This document shows, one piece after another, positions 37,601-51,000 of a stretch of 64,000 bases of DNA (positions are counted from its first letter, which is position 1; each line of letters starts with the position of its first letter). The stretch comes from Nymphaea colorata (lineage: Eukaryota): the NCBI RefSeq assembly GCF_008831285.2, contig NC_045138.2, positions 8,928,001 to 8,992,000 of the forward strand, read 5' to 3'. The notes under the pieces were generated by a model that worked only from the letters and a program-made list of their open reading frames with translations, was not told where the DNA came from and searched no databases. A program made the translations under genes and the position numbers.

Positions 37601-40600
37601 TAAAAGAGTGAAAGAGAGGACGATGAAGGAAAGGAAGAACAGTCGGCCAAGCACAGCCCCTGCGTTCCTTAATCTTTCATTAAAGCGTAACCCTAATTAG
37701 GTTACAACAGATTTGTACATAAAAATATAAAATATTACAAGGAAGCCACCGCTTAGTGACCTTAGGCGTGTGGATATAAAGAGAATGGATCGGGTCTAAA
37801 TAGACCCGATCCCCATACGCTAACAAGTTCCTATGATAAGACTGACTCAGGAAGGAATGATGACTATTCTGCAGATGATCTACCTATTGCTATTCGCAAG
37901 GGCCAACGAAAGTGCACAAGGCATCTGATTTCTAACTCGGTTTCTATGGACCATTTGAGTACAAGTTTGGTGCAGTTTGATCGAACTATGGCTAGTCACA
38001 CTATTCCGACCTCTCACCACCAAGCGTTATTAGATTCACGATGGAAGCATGCTATGCAGGAGGAAATAGATGCTCTTCTTTCTAGGGAGACTTGGGACTT
38101 GGTGGACCCACTGATGAATTGTGATGTTTTTGGCTCCAAATAGGTATTCACCATCAAATATCATTCTGATGGATCCGTAGGTCGATTCAAAGCTCTTCTT
38201 GTTGCTAAAGGCTATACACAGACTTATGAGGTAGACTTCTTCGAGACATTTTCGCCTGCGGCACGGCTAGGTACTATTTGCCTAGTTACATCTCTCGCAC
38301 TCTAGCAAGATTGGCCTGAAAATCTTTTTCAGCTTGATGTGAAAAATGCATTTTTATATGGTGATCTCTCTGAAACAGTCTATATGCAACAACCACCTGG
38401 TTTTGAACGACAGGGGGAGTGTTCCAAGGTATGCAAACTCAAAAAGGCTATCTATAGACTTAAACAAAGTCCCCATGCATGGTTCTATAAGCTTAGTGAG
38501 GTTGTCTCTAAATGTGGATTTCAAAGATCTCAGCTTGATCACTCGCTATTTATCAAGAGATGGACTTCTGGTATAGTGATATTGATTGTATATGTTGATG
38601 AAATTGTCCTCACTAGAGAAAGTGCTCAAGAGATAGCTCAAACAAAGGAGTTTCTACAGAAACACTTTGTTACAAAAGATCTTGGTCAACTTCATTATTT
38701 CCTTGGTATTGAAGTGGTTCGTAGTAGTAAAGGGATTGTGATGTCTCAAAGGAAATATGTTTTTTATCTTTTGCAAGAAACAGGGTTATTGGGAGCCAAA
38801 CTTGTTACACTTCCTATGAATCCTCGAATTCATATGCACGATGATGAATAAGAGGTTTTTGACTCTTGTTCTTACAGATCCCTGATAGAGACACTTTTAT
38901 ATTTGACCATTACTCGTCCAGACATCAGCTTTGTTGTAAATAAGCTGAGTCAATTCATGGAGAAACCTCGAAAAGTTCATTCAGAGGCTGCTTTAATGGT
39001 GATAAAATACTTGAAATCGGCCCCTAGAAAGGGGTTATGGTTCAAAAAAGGAGAATGTGTGGACATAGTGTTAAGAAATATGATTTCTTATTGTTGTTAT
39101 CTCTTAATTAGGTATTATCTTAGTTAAGAGTTAGTTTAGGATTAGTTAGGAATTAGTTTAGGATTTAGTTTATTTCTTTCTTTTCGCTTTATTTTTTATT
39201 TTTTATTATTTCTGCCAAACTAGCCGTTGGCAGTTCCAACAGCTCTATTAAGAGCTGTTGGAACTAGCCCAACGGCTAGTTCAGCTCATCTCTTCTTATT
39301 CTCTCTTATAAATATCCTTGTAACAGTCTTTGTAAATAATGAGCTGTGTTTTACAGCCTTCACATTGTTTATTGAATGAGTATTCCTCTTCTTCACTTGG
39401 CCTTAGTGCCTTTTTGGTATTATATGTATTCTTTGTGACTGATATAGTCACTTTTCACATGGTATCAGAGCCATTGGGCTGATTCTCAAAGCTTGTTAAA
39501 GGCTGCGGCTGAGATTTTATGTTGCTGGTTTAATTGAAGAGATTCTTTGCTGGAGGATATAATTTCTTGAAGGCCTTTTGCTGCGGCTGCTCACCAACTG
39601 TTTGGTGAAATTCCTAGAAGAATTTTTTCTTGACTTCCTTGGGGATTATTGTTTCAAGTATTGCTCTCATGGAAAACTCCAAAGTTTCAATCGAAGGAGG
39701 AAGCTATTATGCTCCATACAAGCTTGACGGAATCAATTATACACTATGGGCAAAATGTTTGGAAATGCATATCAAAGGAAAATATTTATGGGGCTTCATA
39801 ACAGGTACGTCTATCCTTCCCACTCTCAAGTTGACCAAAATAAAAAATGGGATTGAAAAACAACTAGATGGAGTGGAAAGACAAAATGCTATGAATGAAT
39901 ATTACAAAAAATTAGACGATTGGGAAGCTAAAAATTCTAGCATTAAAGAATGGATTTATGGAAGTATTGAACCTAGAATTGCCCAAAATCTTATGTATTA
40001 TGAAAAGGCTAGTGAAGTTTGGGAATATGTTAAGGGAATGTTCACCCAAAAAGACATGGCCCGAAAGTATCTTTTGATTCAAAAGGCCCAAAGTATCAAG
40101 CAAGGAGAGAAAAATGTTAGAGAATTTTTCATGGAAATCTCTAGTATATGGAATGAGTTAGATCAACTAAGTCCCGAACTAGGGTTGGACTGCAAATGCC
40201 ATGAGATTAGAAGAAATGAAATAGATGAATTTCGGTTTTTTCAATTCCTTCAAGGGCTACGGCCCGAATTTGAACAAATAAGGTCAGCCCTTCTTTCTTC
40301 ATCCTCTCCTCCACTCATTCATGAACTTCTTACAAAGCTAAGTGGAGAGGAAACTAGAATGAAACTATCCAAAGAAATGGATAAAGATAGTGTTCTTGTC
40401 TCAAAACAAGAAGAAGAAAGAGCCTTAGCCGCCTCTAGACCTGGAAACAACATCAAGTCCTTTAGACCTCCTCACTTTAAGAATCAAATTAGAGGAGAAT
40501 ATAAAGTTATTTGCCACTTTTGTCATGAACCGGGTCACATAAGACCTAGTTGCCCAAAGTTGAACAACAATGAAGGACAATCGCGGAATCTTGGAGGAAA

Positions 40601-43600
40601 TTTTCTCAAAGGAGGAACTTCATATCCTCAAGGAGGGCAACACAACCGAGGAATTTCATATCCTCAAGGTGGACATTACAACATTAGACAATTTGATCAA
40701 AGAAAGGCCGCAAATGAAGGATGTGATCTCTCATCTATATCCACAACGTTGAATCAAATCATGACGGCCCTTCAACCCATGATCAAGGAGTCAAATTCCG
40801 GAGCACTAGCAACAACGGCATCCATCTCCAACACTCCTGGTATGTTTTCTTGGCTTCTAGATTCCGGTGCATCTTTTCATATGACACCAAATATATCATC
40901 TTTGACCAATTTTGAAAGAACAAGAAAAGAATCAAATGTTGTTACCGCCGATGGAACTTCTTTGAGTGTTAAAGGGATTGGGAATTTTGAAAAAGAATTT
41001 GGAAAACAAAAATTTTTTGTTCCAAAAGTTAGTTATGTTCCTAAACTTAATCTTAACTTACTTTCTGTGTCACAAATCTCAGATCTTGGATTTGATGTTG
41101 TTTTCTCATCAAATAAATGTTTGGTGCAGGATCACCAAACCGGGAGATTGATTGGGGAAGGTTTTAGAAAAGGGGACCTTTACTACATGGACAATTTTTG
41201 CATCCCCAAAGAAAAGTTTTGTCACTATGTTGAAAATGTGGACATCAATGTTTGGCACCAAAGATTAGGTCATCCAAATGTTAGAAAATTGTCTATGAAG
41301 AACCCTACCAAGAATATTTGTATTGAAAATTTTAAATGTAATGATTGTATACATGGAAAAATGAAATCTTTATCTTTTGGAGAAATGAACTTCTTCTCTT
41401 CTTTGCCTTTTGAGCTTGTTCATTCCGATGTATGGGGACCCTCTCCTATCATGTCAAAAGGAGGGCTATCATATTATGTGATCTTTGTTGATGACTTCAC
41501 TAGGTATTGTTGGATATATTTCCTAAAATATAAATCCGAAGTTTTTGAGATATTCAAAAATTTTCACATGTTAGTACAAACACAATTCAATGCTAAATTA
41601 AAAATTTTAAGGACTGATTCCGGAGGTGAATGCATTTCAAATGAGTTCGAAAGATATTTGAAAAACTATGGGATAGTCCACCAAAAATCTTGTCCAAGAA
41701 CACCTCAACAAAATAGACTTTCAGAAAAAAAACATAGGCACATAATTGAAACAACAAGAACCATTCTTATTTCCAAAAATGTGCCTAAAAACTTTTGGGC
41801 TGAAACCGCCCTTGCCTCTGTTTATCTTATAAACAGAATGCCTTCAAAAGTCTTTAATAACACCACTCCGTTTGAAAAATTATTCAAGTATGAACCCGAT
41901 TTCAATAGACTTCGTATTTTTGGATGCAAATGTTTTGTTCTTAATGACAAGGCTGATAAGCTAAGTTCAAAAGTTATTGAATGTGCTTTTATTGGTTATT
42001 CTGAAACCCAAAAAGGCTACAAATGTTATGACTCAATTAAAGACAAGATCATTGTCTCAAGGAATGTAAGGTTTTGTGAAGATGAAAGTGGTTTTAAAAA
42101 TTATGGGGAGTCACAACACAATAATGATTATTCCTTTTTATTTAAGTTCATTTCCCAATGTGATGATGAAATGCATGATGGTGATGATAGCAACGCTGGT
42201 GGTAATGATAGTAGAATGGCCAAGGATATAATCACTTATCATAGAAGAAACCGGCAACAAGAAGTTGGTGAAGAAGAACATCATGAGACCATTGATCTCC
42301 AACCAACTCAAAGTGGAGAAACCTTAGGAGATCCGCTAGAAATGTAAGACAACCCAATAAATTTGTGTCTTATGAAACTTTTACTCCATCTCATAGAGCT
42401 AGAATTAATGTCATTCACTCTCAGTTTGAACCTTCTACTTTTAATGAAGCATCCAAATATATTGAGTGGAAGAATGCCATGTTAGAAGAATTGGATGCCT
42501 TGAGAAAAGCCCAAACTTGGGAAATACAAGATTTACCTATAGGGAAAAAGACTATTGGATGCAAGTGGGTATACAAGGTGAAAACTAAAAGTGATGGATC
42601 CCTAGAAAGGTATAAAGCAAGGCTTGTTGCCAAAGGTTACACTCAAGAATATGGTATTGACTATGAGGAAACCTTTGCCCCTGTAGCTAGAATGACTACT
42701 GTTAGGACCCTTATTGCTTTAGCATCTATTAAAAACTGGAATATCTATCAAATGGATGTTAAAAATGCCTTTTTAAATGGAGATCTTATGGAATAGGTTT
42801 ATATGGAAGTACCACCAGGGTTGTCTGTTCCTCAAAGGAAAGTTCTTAGACTTAAGAAGGCTCTTTATGGCCTCAAACAAGCTCCTAAAGCTTGGTTTGA
42901 CCGTTTTAATTCTATTATTTCTGATTATGGGTTTCATTCTTGCTTAACTGACACTGCCTTGTTTGTTTAGTATACTACTGCAGGTATCATAATTCTTCTA
43001 CTGTATGTTGATGATTACAGGTAGTGATAAGGAAGGTATTAGAGAATGTAAGAAATTACTACAAGAAACTTTTGAAATGAAAGATTTAGGTTTTCTAACG
43101 TACTCCTTTAGTATTGAGGTTGCATATTCTACTAGAGGATATTTTTTGTCACAAACTAAGTTTGCTACAGAGATCATTGCTAAATCAGGCATGACAGATG
43201 ATAAGGTCACAGAAACTCCTGAAGCAGTAGAAAGGAAGATGAAGATTGATGATGGAGTTCCACTTGCCAATCCCACTCCTTACCGACAACTTGTGGGATC
43301 CTTGATGTACCTTAGTATCACTCGGTCTGACATTGCTCATGCAATTCATACTGTGAGTCAATTTCAACATGTTTCATCAACCGTTCATATGGGAGCTGTT
43401 CTTCGTATCATCAGATATATTAAGGGAACAATAAACAAGGGAGTATTTATGTCTTCCTCTTCCTCCTTGAACTTGATTGCTTATACTGATGCTGATTGGG
43501 GAGGAGATCCTAATGATAGACATTCAACTACTGGATTTTGTGTTTTTCTAGGGGAATCACTCATCTCATGGAAATGCAAAAAGCAACAGAAAGTCTCACT

Positions 43601-46600
43601 ATCCTCTACTGAAGCTGAATATCGAGCCATGGCTTCTACAACTATGGAAATTGTCTGGCTTCGTCAAATGCTCCTTGATATGGGAACAAAGATAGAAGAG
43701 CCCACTGATTTATGCTGCGACAACAAGAGTTCTATCTACATTGCCAAGAATCAAACATTCCATGAACAAACAAAGCATATAGAAATGGACTGTCACTATG
43801 TTCGTGAAGAATTTTTGAAGAAGACTATCAAGCTTCCATATGTCTCCTCTGAGTTCCAGCTGGCTGATTTCTTCACAAAGCCTCTATGTTCTCCCAGATT
43901 CAACTTTCTTTTAGATAAACTTTCGGTGATAACACCGTAAGTTTAAGGGGGGGTGTTAAGAAATATGATTTCTTATTGTTGTTATCTCTTAATTAGGTAT
44001 TATCTTAGTTAAGAGTTAGTTTAGGATTAGTTAGGAATTAGTTTAGGATTTAGTTTATTTCTTTCTTTTCGCTTTATTTTTTATTTTTTATTTTTTATTA
44101 TTTCTGCCAAACTAGCCGTTGGCAGTTCCAACAGCTCTATTAAGAGCTGTTGGAACTAGCCCAACGGCTAGTTCAGCTCATCTCTTCTTATTCTCTCTTA
44201 TAAATATCCTTGTAATGTTTTACAACCTTCACATTGCTTATTGAATGAGTATTCCTCTTCTTCACTTGGCCTTAGTGCCTTTTTGGTATTATATGTATTC
44301 TTTGTGACTGATATAGTCACTTTTCATACATAGAAGCATATAGTGATGCTGATTATGCAGGGTCAATAAATGAGAGGAGATCTACTACTGGTTTTTGCAT
44401 CTTTATTGGCGGGAATCTTATTTCTTGGAGGAGCAAGAAACAAAATGTGGTTGCTAGATCGAGTGTCGAGTCTGAATATAGGGCAATGGCTCAAACGACT
44501 GCTGAAATGTCATGGTTCAAATCAGTGCTTCTAGAATTGGGAATATCAGTGAAACTTCCTATGAAGATGTATTGTGATAACAGAGCAGCTACCGATATTG
44601 CAAATAACCCTGTTTTTTATGAGAGGACGAAACACATTGAAGTGGATTGCCATTATGTTCGAGACTTGGTACAAGAAGGAATCATTAGCACAATTCATGT
44701 TTCCTCTGAAGATCAAGCAACTAATATGTTTACTAAGGCTCTTTCCATTAGAGAATTCTTGAGAGGATGTAACAAGCTGAGCATGATTGATATCTATGCT
44801 CCAGCTTGAGGGGGAGTGTTAAAGTTCTTTTTAGAGTCAATTTGAGGCTTTCTGTAATATTAGAAAGTGGACTAGGGACTACTTATTGTTTTCTAATATT
44901 CTAGTGGACTGAAATTGTAAATATGTAGTCTTTACCCTAATCTCTTTTAACCTGAGATTAGGGTTACGGGATCAATAAGAAAAATGACTATCTCTCTCTG
45001 ATTGCGACAGTTTCAAAGTGGAATCAGAAGGGAGTGAACATATTGTACCGTCATCGTTTCATTAGGACTAACCACAAGGCCGGTAACCTCAAAACTGCAA
45101 TGGCTTCTGATTATGTGAAGGACTACGAATTTGTTGCAATATTTGATGCAGATTTCCAGCCAAATCCTGATTTTTTGAAGCAGACGATACCATATTTCAA
45201 GGTATGCGCCCTCAGCCATGTCAGGTTGTAAAAGCCAAAGGAAGCCAAAACTGTGCAATATACAGTGAGACTTAGAAAGCGAATTTCTCTTACTGCAGAG
45301 GAAGCCTGATCTTGGTCTTGTTCAAGCAAGGTGGGATTTTGTGAATAAGGATGAAAATCTGCTCACTAGGCTTCAGAACATCAACTTGCGCTTTCACTTT
45401 GAGGTGGAGCAGCAAGTAAATGGTGTTTTCCTGAACTTCTTTGGATTCAATGGAACTGCTGGCATGTGGAGAATCAAGGCCCTGGAGGATAGGTGGTCAC
45501 GACTGTCGAGGATATGGACATAGCTGTTTTAGGCTGAAGAAAAGGGGAGCAGAAAATAGGAGGAATAGAAGAGGATGTGCAGAACCCTTTTTTTTTTTTT
45601 TTACACGTCTTGATGATTCAACATTGTTCTAAGCTTGACGAACGAATCTGATGCAGAGAATAAACCAGATGGAGTAGAGAAAAACACAGATCAAAAGGAC
45701 GTAGAGAGAGGGACAAAAGATAAAGAGTAAGAAGAATAGAAGAGATGGGGAATGAGATGTCTTTCCTAAAAAATAGATCTGTCTAGGCAATCTTTCTGGA
45801 GAAGCCGCTGAACCCATGGTCTGATAACATGTCAGTTTTTGGTTATCAGCCTTCTCAATCACCGCAGTTCAGTCTTGCAGAAAATAAGAGGAAGACGAGG
45901 AGAAAAGGAAGATGACTGCGATAACTGTACGCAGCCTCAACCCAAAATTTTATTACATTAGATACAAGGCCAAAATAATAAACCAAAAGAGTACACCAAA
46001 ATTACTTCATATGTCATTAATGAAACAGAAGGGCACGTGAGAAATAAAACACCCATTCCTGATGGGTTTGGGTCTGGACCAAGATCCAAAACCATCTGGT
46101 CAACCTTTAACAACTATAAATTTATAATACACTATTCGTTGTCTGTTGACAACCCATAGACTATGAACAAGATATATCAATTATCAACACCCATATAACT
46201 TTCCAAAACCCACAACGAATATCTTAAGTTTGAAAAAAAAAAAACCAGCAAACTTTTCTGATATGATTAGTTTTACATGTTTATGGATATCATATTTTAC
46301 TTTTAGGCTTTAGAAAAAAAAAAAGTTTTTAGTGACCGAATTTTCATTTGTATATTCTCAAACATCAACAAAGATACCAAATCATTTACTTCGAGTAAAT
46401 AAACATATAAATGCTTTTTATACATAAAATAATAAAGCTACGAGTGCTATATGTAGGTTCTAAAGTCGAACCCTCATAGTTCATAGTCTCTATTACAAAA
46501 CTGATTGTTCGTAGAATAGATGGATGGATGAATCATGAATGCAACTTGTACAGGCCATAAGAAAACATTTACAAGTATGATAGGCAAATATCCACGTTAT

Positions 46601-47972
46601 TGTCAAGTCATTATCTCTTTTAACATGTGGAAAAATAAAATTATGCACATTATTATTAAGTTATTATCTTTTTTAACATATGGAAAAACAAAATTAAAAG
46701 AGCAAAACAATATCATCATAAAAGTCAAGAAAAGAAAAAAGTTAGAAAATAGCACCCGCAAAAAGACAACGAAAATTGAAATATAATATGAGGAAAAAGA
46801 AAAGAAGCAATACAATAAATAACCAACGGCTAGCCCCACTACTTGAGAGTGTTGAGTCTACTAAGTTACTAACACTTAATAGGCTGATGTAAACAAATTA
46901 AAAGCAAAAGATGTTCATACAACAAGTAATACTATCAAAAGACGAAAAACGTTAATGCACAAATGAACAAAAAAGAGGATGACAAAAAAGAAATACATCA
47001 TTTACTGATTTTGAATGCTCCTCAATGCAACAGAGCAAGGTTATCTAAGATGACCAGAAGGACAGAGACTGCTACTGGCAGAGCCACAGAAATCCAACAG
47101 ATGTCTGGTCAATCTTTGATGGGCAGGAGGACAGTGGAACGGAAAAGGGGGCGTGAAACAAAAATGAAGCCCTGAGCCCTCAAGGACCCAAAATCAAGTG
47201 GATACCCTAAACGCATTGACTAAATAAAATTTTTGAAACATTGCCAAAGGGGCCCATTAATTTTCAGAAAAATTTGTGAAGGCCCCAAAGACCAAAAGAT
47301 TGAGTCAATTCTCTAAACGATATCGATTAAATAAAATTTCTAAGTTTTTTGTATAGAAGCCCACTGTGCTTTTGAAAATTTTTAATAAGGGCAAATTAAA
47401 ATTTTTGAAAATGTAAACATGTAAAATTTAAATTTTCAAAATCTTGGAGAGCATGGACCTTGCTAGTCCCCAATTGGCTCTTCCCCTGCTTTATAGCAAT
47501 ATTCAACAAGACTATTTCTGCTAAATATTATAATAGTAACAAACAGCAAATAAGTACATCTTTCACCCTGCTTAAGACATCTCAAGTAATTACCTGTACA
47601 AAGGATATTTCTTCCCACCTCTTATTATAAAGTCCTGGAAGCAAAACAAGAACAAAAATGGTGAAAGTTGAGAGATTTTCTCCATAATTGTTAAAATAGA
47701 AATAATTGTAGGCACAGAAAGCATCCTAATTAGAATTAAAAAACGAAGATCATTTTGAAGATATATGTGGAAATATGGAGCATTACTAAAGGAAATGGTA
47801 ATATAAGTAGCTTTTTTCTTGCAAGAGGTGTAACCAGTGTGAAAAGGCAAACAAAGCATCAAGTGGACAGTGAATATGTCTAAAAAAGAACCTATTTTAA
47901 TTTGTGCATCAAAATATACCTTGGAAGATGAAGAGTGTTAGAATATTAGATTGTATGCATTCTAAATGTATC

Positions 47973-48010
<38 letters not shown>

Positions 48011-51000
48011 ACATATATTAGTTATCTAATATATGTCTTATATGTATACATATATATATATTTTATATATATTTGGATATTAGGATACTTATGTAATTTT
48101 TCCCTTTTTTATGTATTTTTATTTTCCCCTTTTCCCCCCTTTTCTTTATCCTTATTCCCTAAAGGGGACTAGTCCCAACGGCTTTCTTTTGTTCTCTCCT
48201 CTATATATAGTGTAGGCTCCCTCTCTTTAACCCATGGCTTGTTAAGCCACTTCTTGTATTATTGTTGAAGATAAATACATGTTTTCTTTATCCTCTTGTT
48301 AGAGGACTCTTGTGTATTGCCTTGTTGAGTTAGTGGGAGATTCAAGAGTGATATATTCTTGAAGTATTTGCCTAAGTTTTGGGCCTGATTTACATGGTAT
48401 CAGAGCCACGTTTTGGCTATTCATCTTGCTGTCCCTTAAAGTTTCAGCTCTTACTCTTTCTTTGGAGCCGTGAAGCCCTCTAAGTACTCGACGTTATTGC
48501 TGACTGATTCTTGACACAAGAAGGTGCTGTTTTGCTAGTCTCTACTGGTGGTAAAGATTGAAGCTGAGGTGCTGTTTTGGTGGAAGAAGATTGTGACTGA
48601 TTTCTTCATTTTTTCATCATCTCAAACATACAAGTTTTACACAAGAAGAAGGGAGACTGGTTTTTCTTATTGCCGTGGACTTCTTTTTGCACGACAGCCA
48701 GCTTCGTCATAACTTGTAAGTGGATCTACCTTGTTGATTGTGATCATGGATGACAAAGTCTCGTCTCTTCTATTTTCCAAACTCTCATCAACAAACTATA
48801 TACAATAGGCTAGAACTATGAAACATTTTATTCGTAGTAAAAGCCTTTGGGGACTAGTTGATGGGACAAAACTTGAACCACAACTAGTCCTTACTAAAGT
48901 TGTTGATGGAAGAGCTATGGAATTGGACGGAACCGAAAAAGAAAAAGTAATGACTGAATACAACAAGAAATGGAAAGAATGGAGTGTTGGTCATCACAAA
49001 ATTATTACTTGGATCTTGACTTGTGTTACAATGCTACTAGCGGGCAAATTTCTAAGTTAAATTCTGCCCTAGAAGCTTGGGAATATCTAAAGAAAACTCA
49101 TACCATGAGAGACGTTGCTTATATACATCATGTTCAAATCAAAATTCACAATCTTCAACAAGGAGATAGATCCATTAAAGATTATGTGGCTAAAATGGAT
49201 TAATTATATGATGAATTAAGTATTTTTGAACCACATTGGACACAAGATCTTATTCTTAGAGAAAAGCAAACACAACGTGACAAGTTTTACAAGTTTATCA
49301 TAGGTCTTAGACCTGAATTTGATGGTGTTAAAACCGCCTTACTTCATCGTTCTAAAACACCATCTATGAATGAGGCTATTGCAGAGCTCCAAATGGAGGA
49401 AAATCGTCTTTGTCTTGATAAAGAGAAAGTCAACAATGTGCTTGCCACATCTAGGCCGGGAGCCCATTTGAGACCTTATAGACCTCCTCACTTCAATCGT
49501 ACATATGAAGGAGTAAGAAGAAAAGTTATTTGCTATCATTGCCAAGAAGAAGGACATACCAAACCAAGATGTCCAAAACTTAGAATTTTTGACAAAAGAA
49601 GCAATGTTGCAGCTCCAATTCAAGAAGAAAGAAAAGAAGCAAGCTCATTCCAACTTAATCAACTTATAAGTGCTCTTCAACCTTTTATAAAGGGAGGAGA
49701 CACACCTTCAACTTTGGGAGCTACCGTAGCATCTACTTCTACAAGTAAGTATTCTTGGATTATTGATTCAGGTGCATCTTTTCATATGACTCCTTGTGGA
49801 TCCCTTCTCACCGAATGCACTAAAAATGATTCTTATTCCTTTGTGAAAATGGCGGATGGTACTTCTCTTGAAATTGATTTTTTTGGAAACCTTGACCTAG
49901 CTTTTGGATCCAAAACTTTAAAAGTACCTCAAGTAAGACACATTTCTAAATTAAGCTTAAATTTATTATCAGTTTCTCAAATAGCCGACCTAGGTTTTGA
50001 TATAATCTTCTCACAATCCAAATGTTTGATACAGGACCGAGTATCCAAGAAGACGATTGGGGAAGGTTTTAGAACAAAAGATCTCTACTACATAGACTTT
50101 TTGGACCTCTCAAGACCATCTTGCAATATCTCCAAAGAATGTGACATTCAAACTTGGCATCAAAGACTTGGACATTCCAATATAGAAAAAATGTCTCATC
50201 TTCCCTTCATGGAGAATTTTTGTCAAAAGAACTTTTATTGTAATGATTGTATTAAGGCTAAAATGAAAGCCTTACCTTTTGATAATAGAAATTTTATTGC
50301 CCAAAAATCTTTTGATTTAGTGCATTCGGATGTGTGGGGACCCGCTCCCATTATGTCAAAAGGAGGATTGTTGTACTATGTGATCTTTATTGATGATTTT
50401 TCTAGGCATACTTGGGTTTACTTTCTCAAACACAAATCGGAGGTTTTCACAAACTTTAAGAATTTCTACAACATGATCTATACCCAATTTGGCACAAATA
50501 TCAAAGTCTTTAGAAGTGATTCAGGAGGAGAATTTATGTCAAATGAATTTCAACAATTTCTAAAAGAAAAAGGGGTTGTTCATCAAAGATCTTGTCCTAA
50601 CACTCCACAACAAAACGGAGTGGCCGAGCGTAAACATAGGCACATTATTGAAACTGCTAGAGCCCTTCTTTTATCTAAAAATGTTCCCAAAAACTTTTGG
50701 GTTGAGGCTGTTTTGACTTCAACCTATTTAATTAATAGAATGCCTACCAAACTTTTGAAACATATTTCTCCTTTTGAAAAACTTCACCATGTTAAACCTA
50801 ATTACAATAGACTTAAAGTCTTTGGTTGCAAATGTTTTGTGTTAAGTGATAAAGACGATAAGCTTTCTTCCAAAGCTATTTGTTGTGTTTTTATTGGGTA
50901 TTCCGAAACTCAAAAGGGTTATAGATGTTATGATATGGAAAGAGATAAAGTTTATGTTTCTAGAAATGTGATCTTTTTAGAAAATGAAGATGGTTTCAAA

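Larger units (their letters stand above)
34443..45009 (+). mobile_element. Copia element E (193-bp LTRs 34443-34635 and 44817-45009, TSD GTTTC), defective, hosting F and G
   Basis: GTTTC at 34438-34442 and 45010-45014; PBS TGGCATCAGAGC; gag 35391-36450 (A family), RT 37826-39068, RNase H 44329-44809; PPT GAGGGGGAG. Confidence 0.95.
34321..45530 (+). pseudogene. CSLC: Cellulose synthase-like C (xyloglucan glucan synthase, GT2) gene fragment, two exons, split by copia E
   Basis: [33 protein letters not shown] (34321-34442) continues [39 protein letters not shown] (45015-45201); GT-AG intron 45202-45298; [43 protein letters not shown]; frameshifting deletion before [10 protein letters not shown]; no other exons. 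Confidence 0.9.

Noticed and set aside
40619..40682. SYPQGG repeat in G Gag
   Set aside because: Small in-frame duplication in a variable linker; no evidence of function.
47966..48172. Tyr/Ile-rich ORFs (also 58225-58437)
   Set aside because: Translation of TA microsatellite within LTR L.
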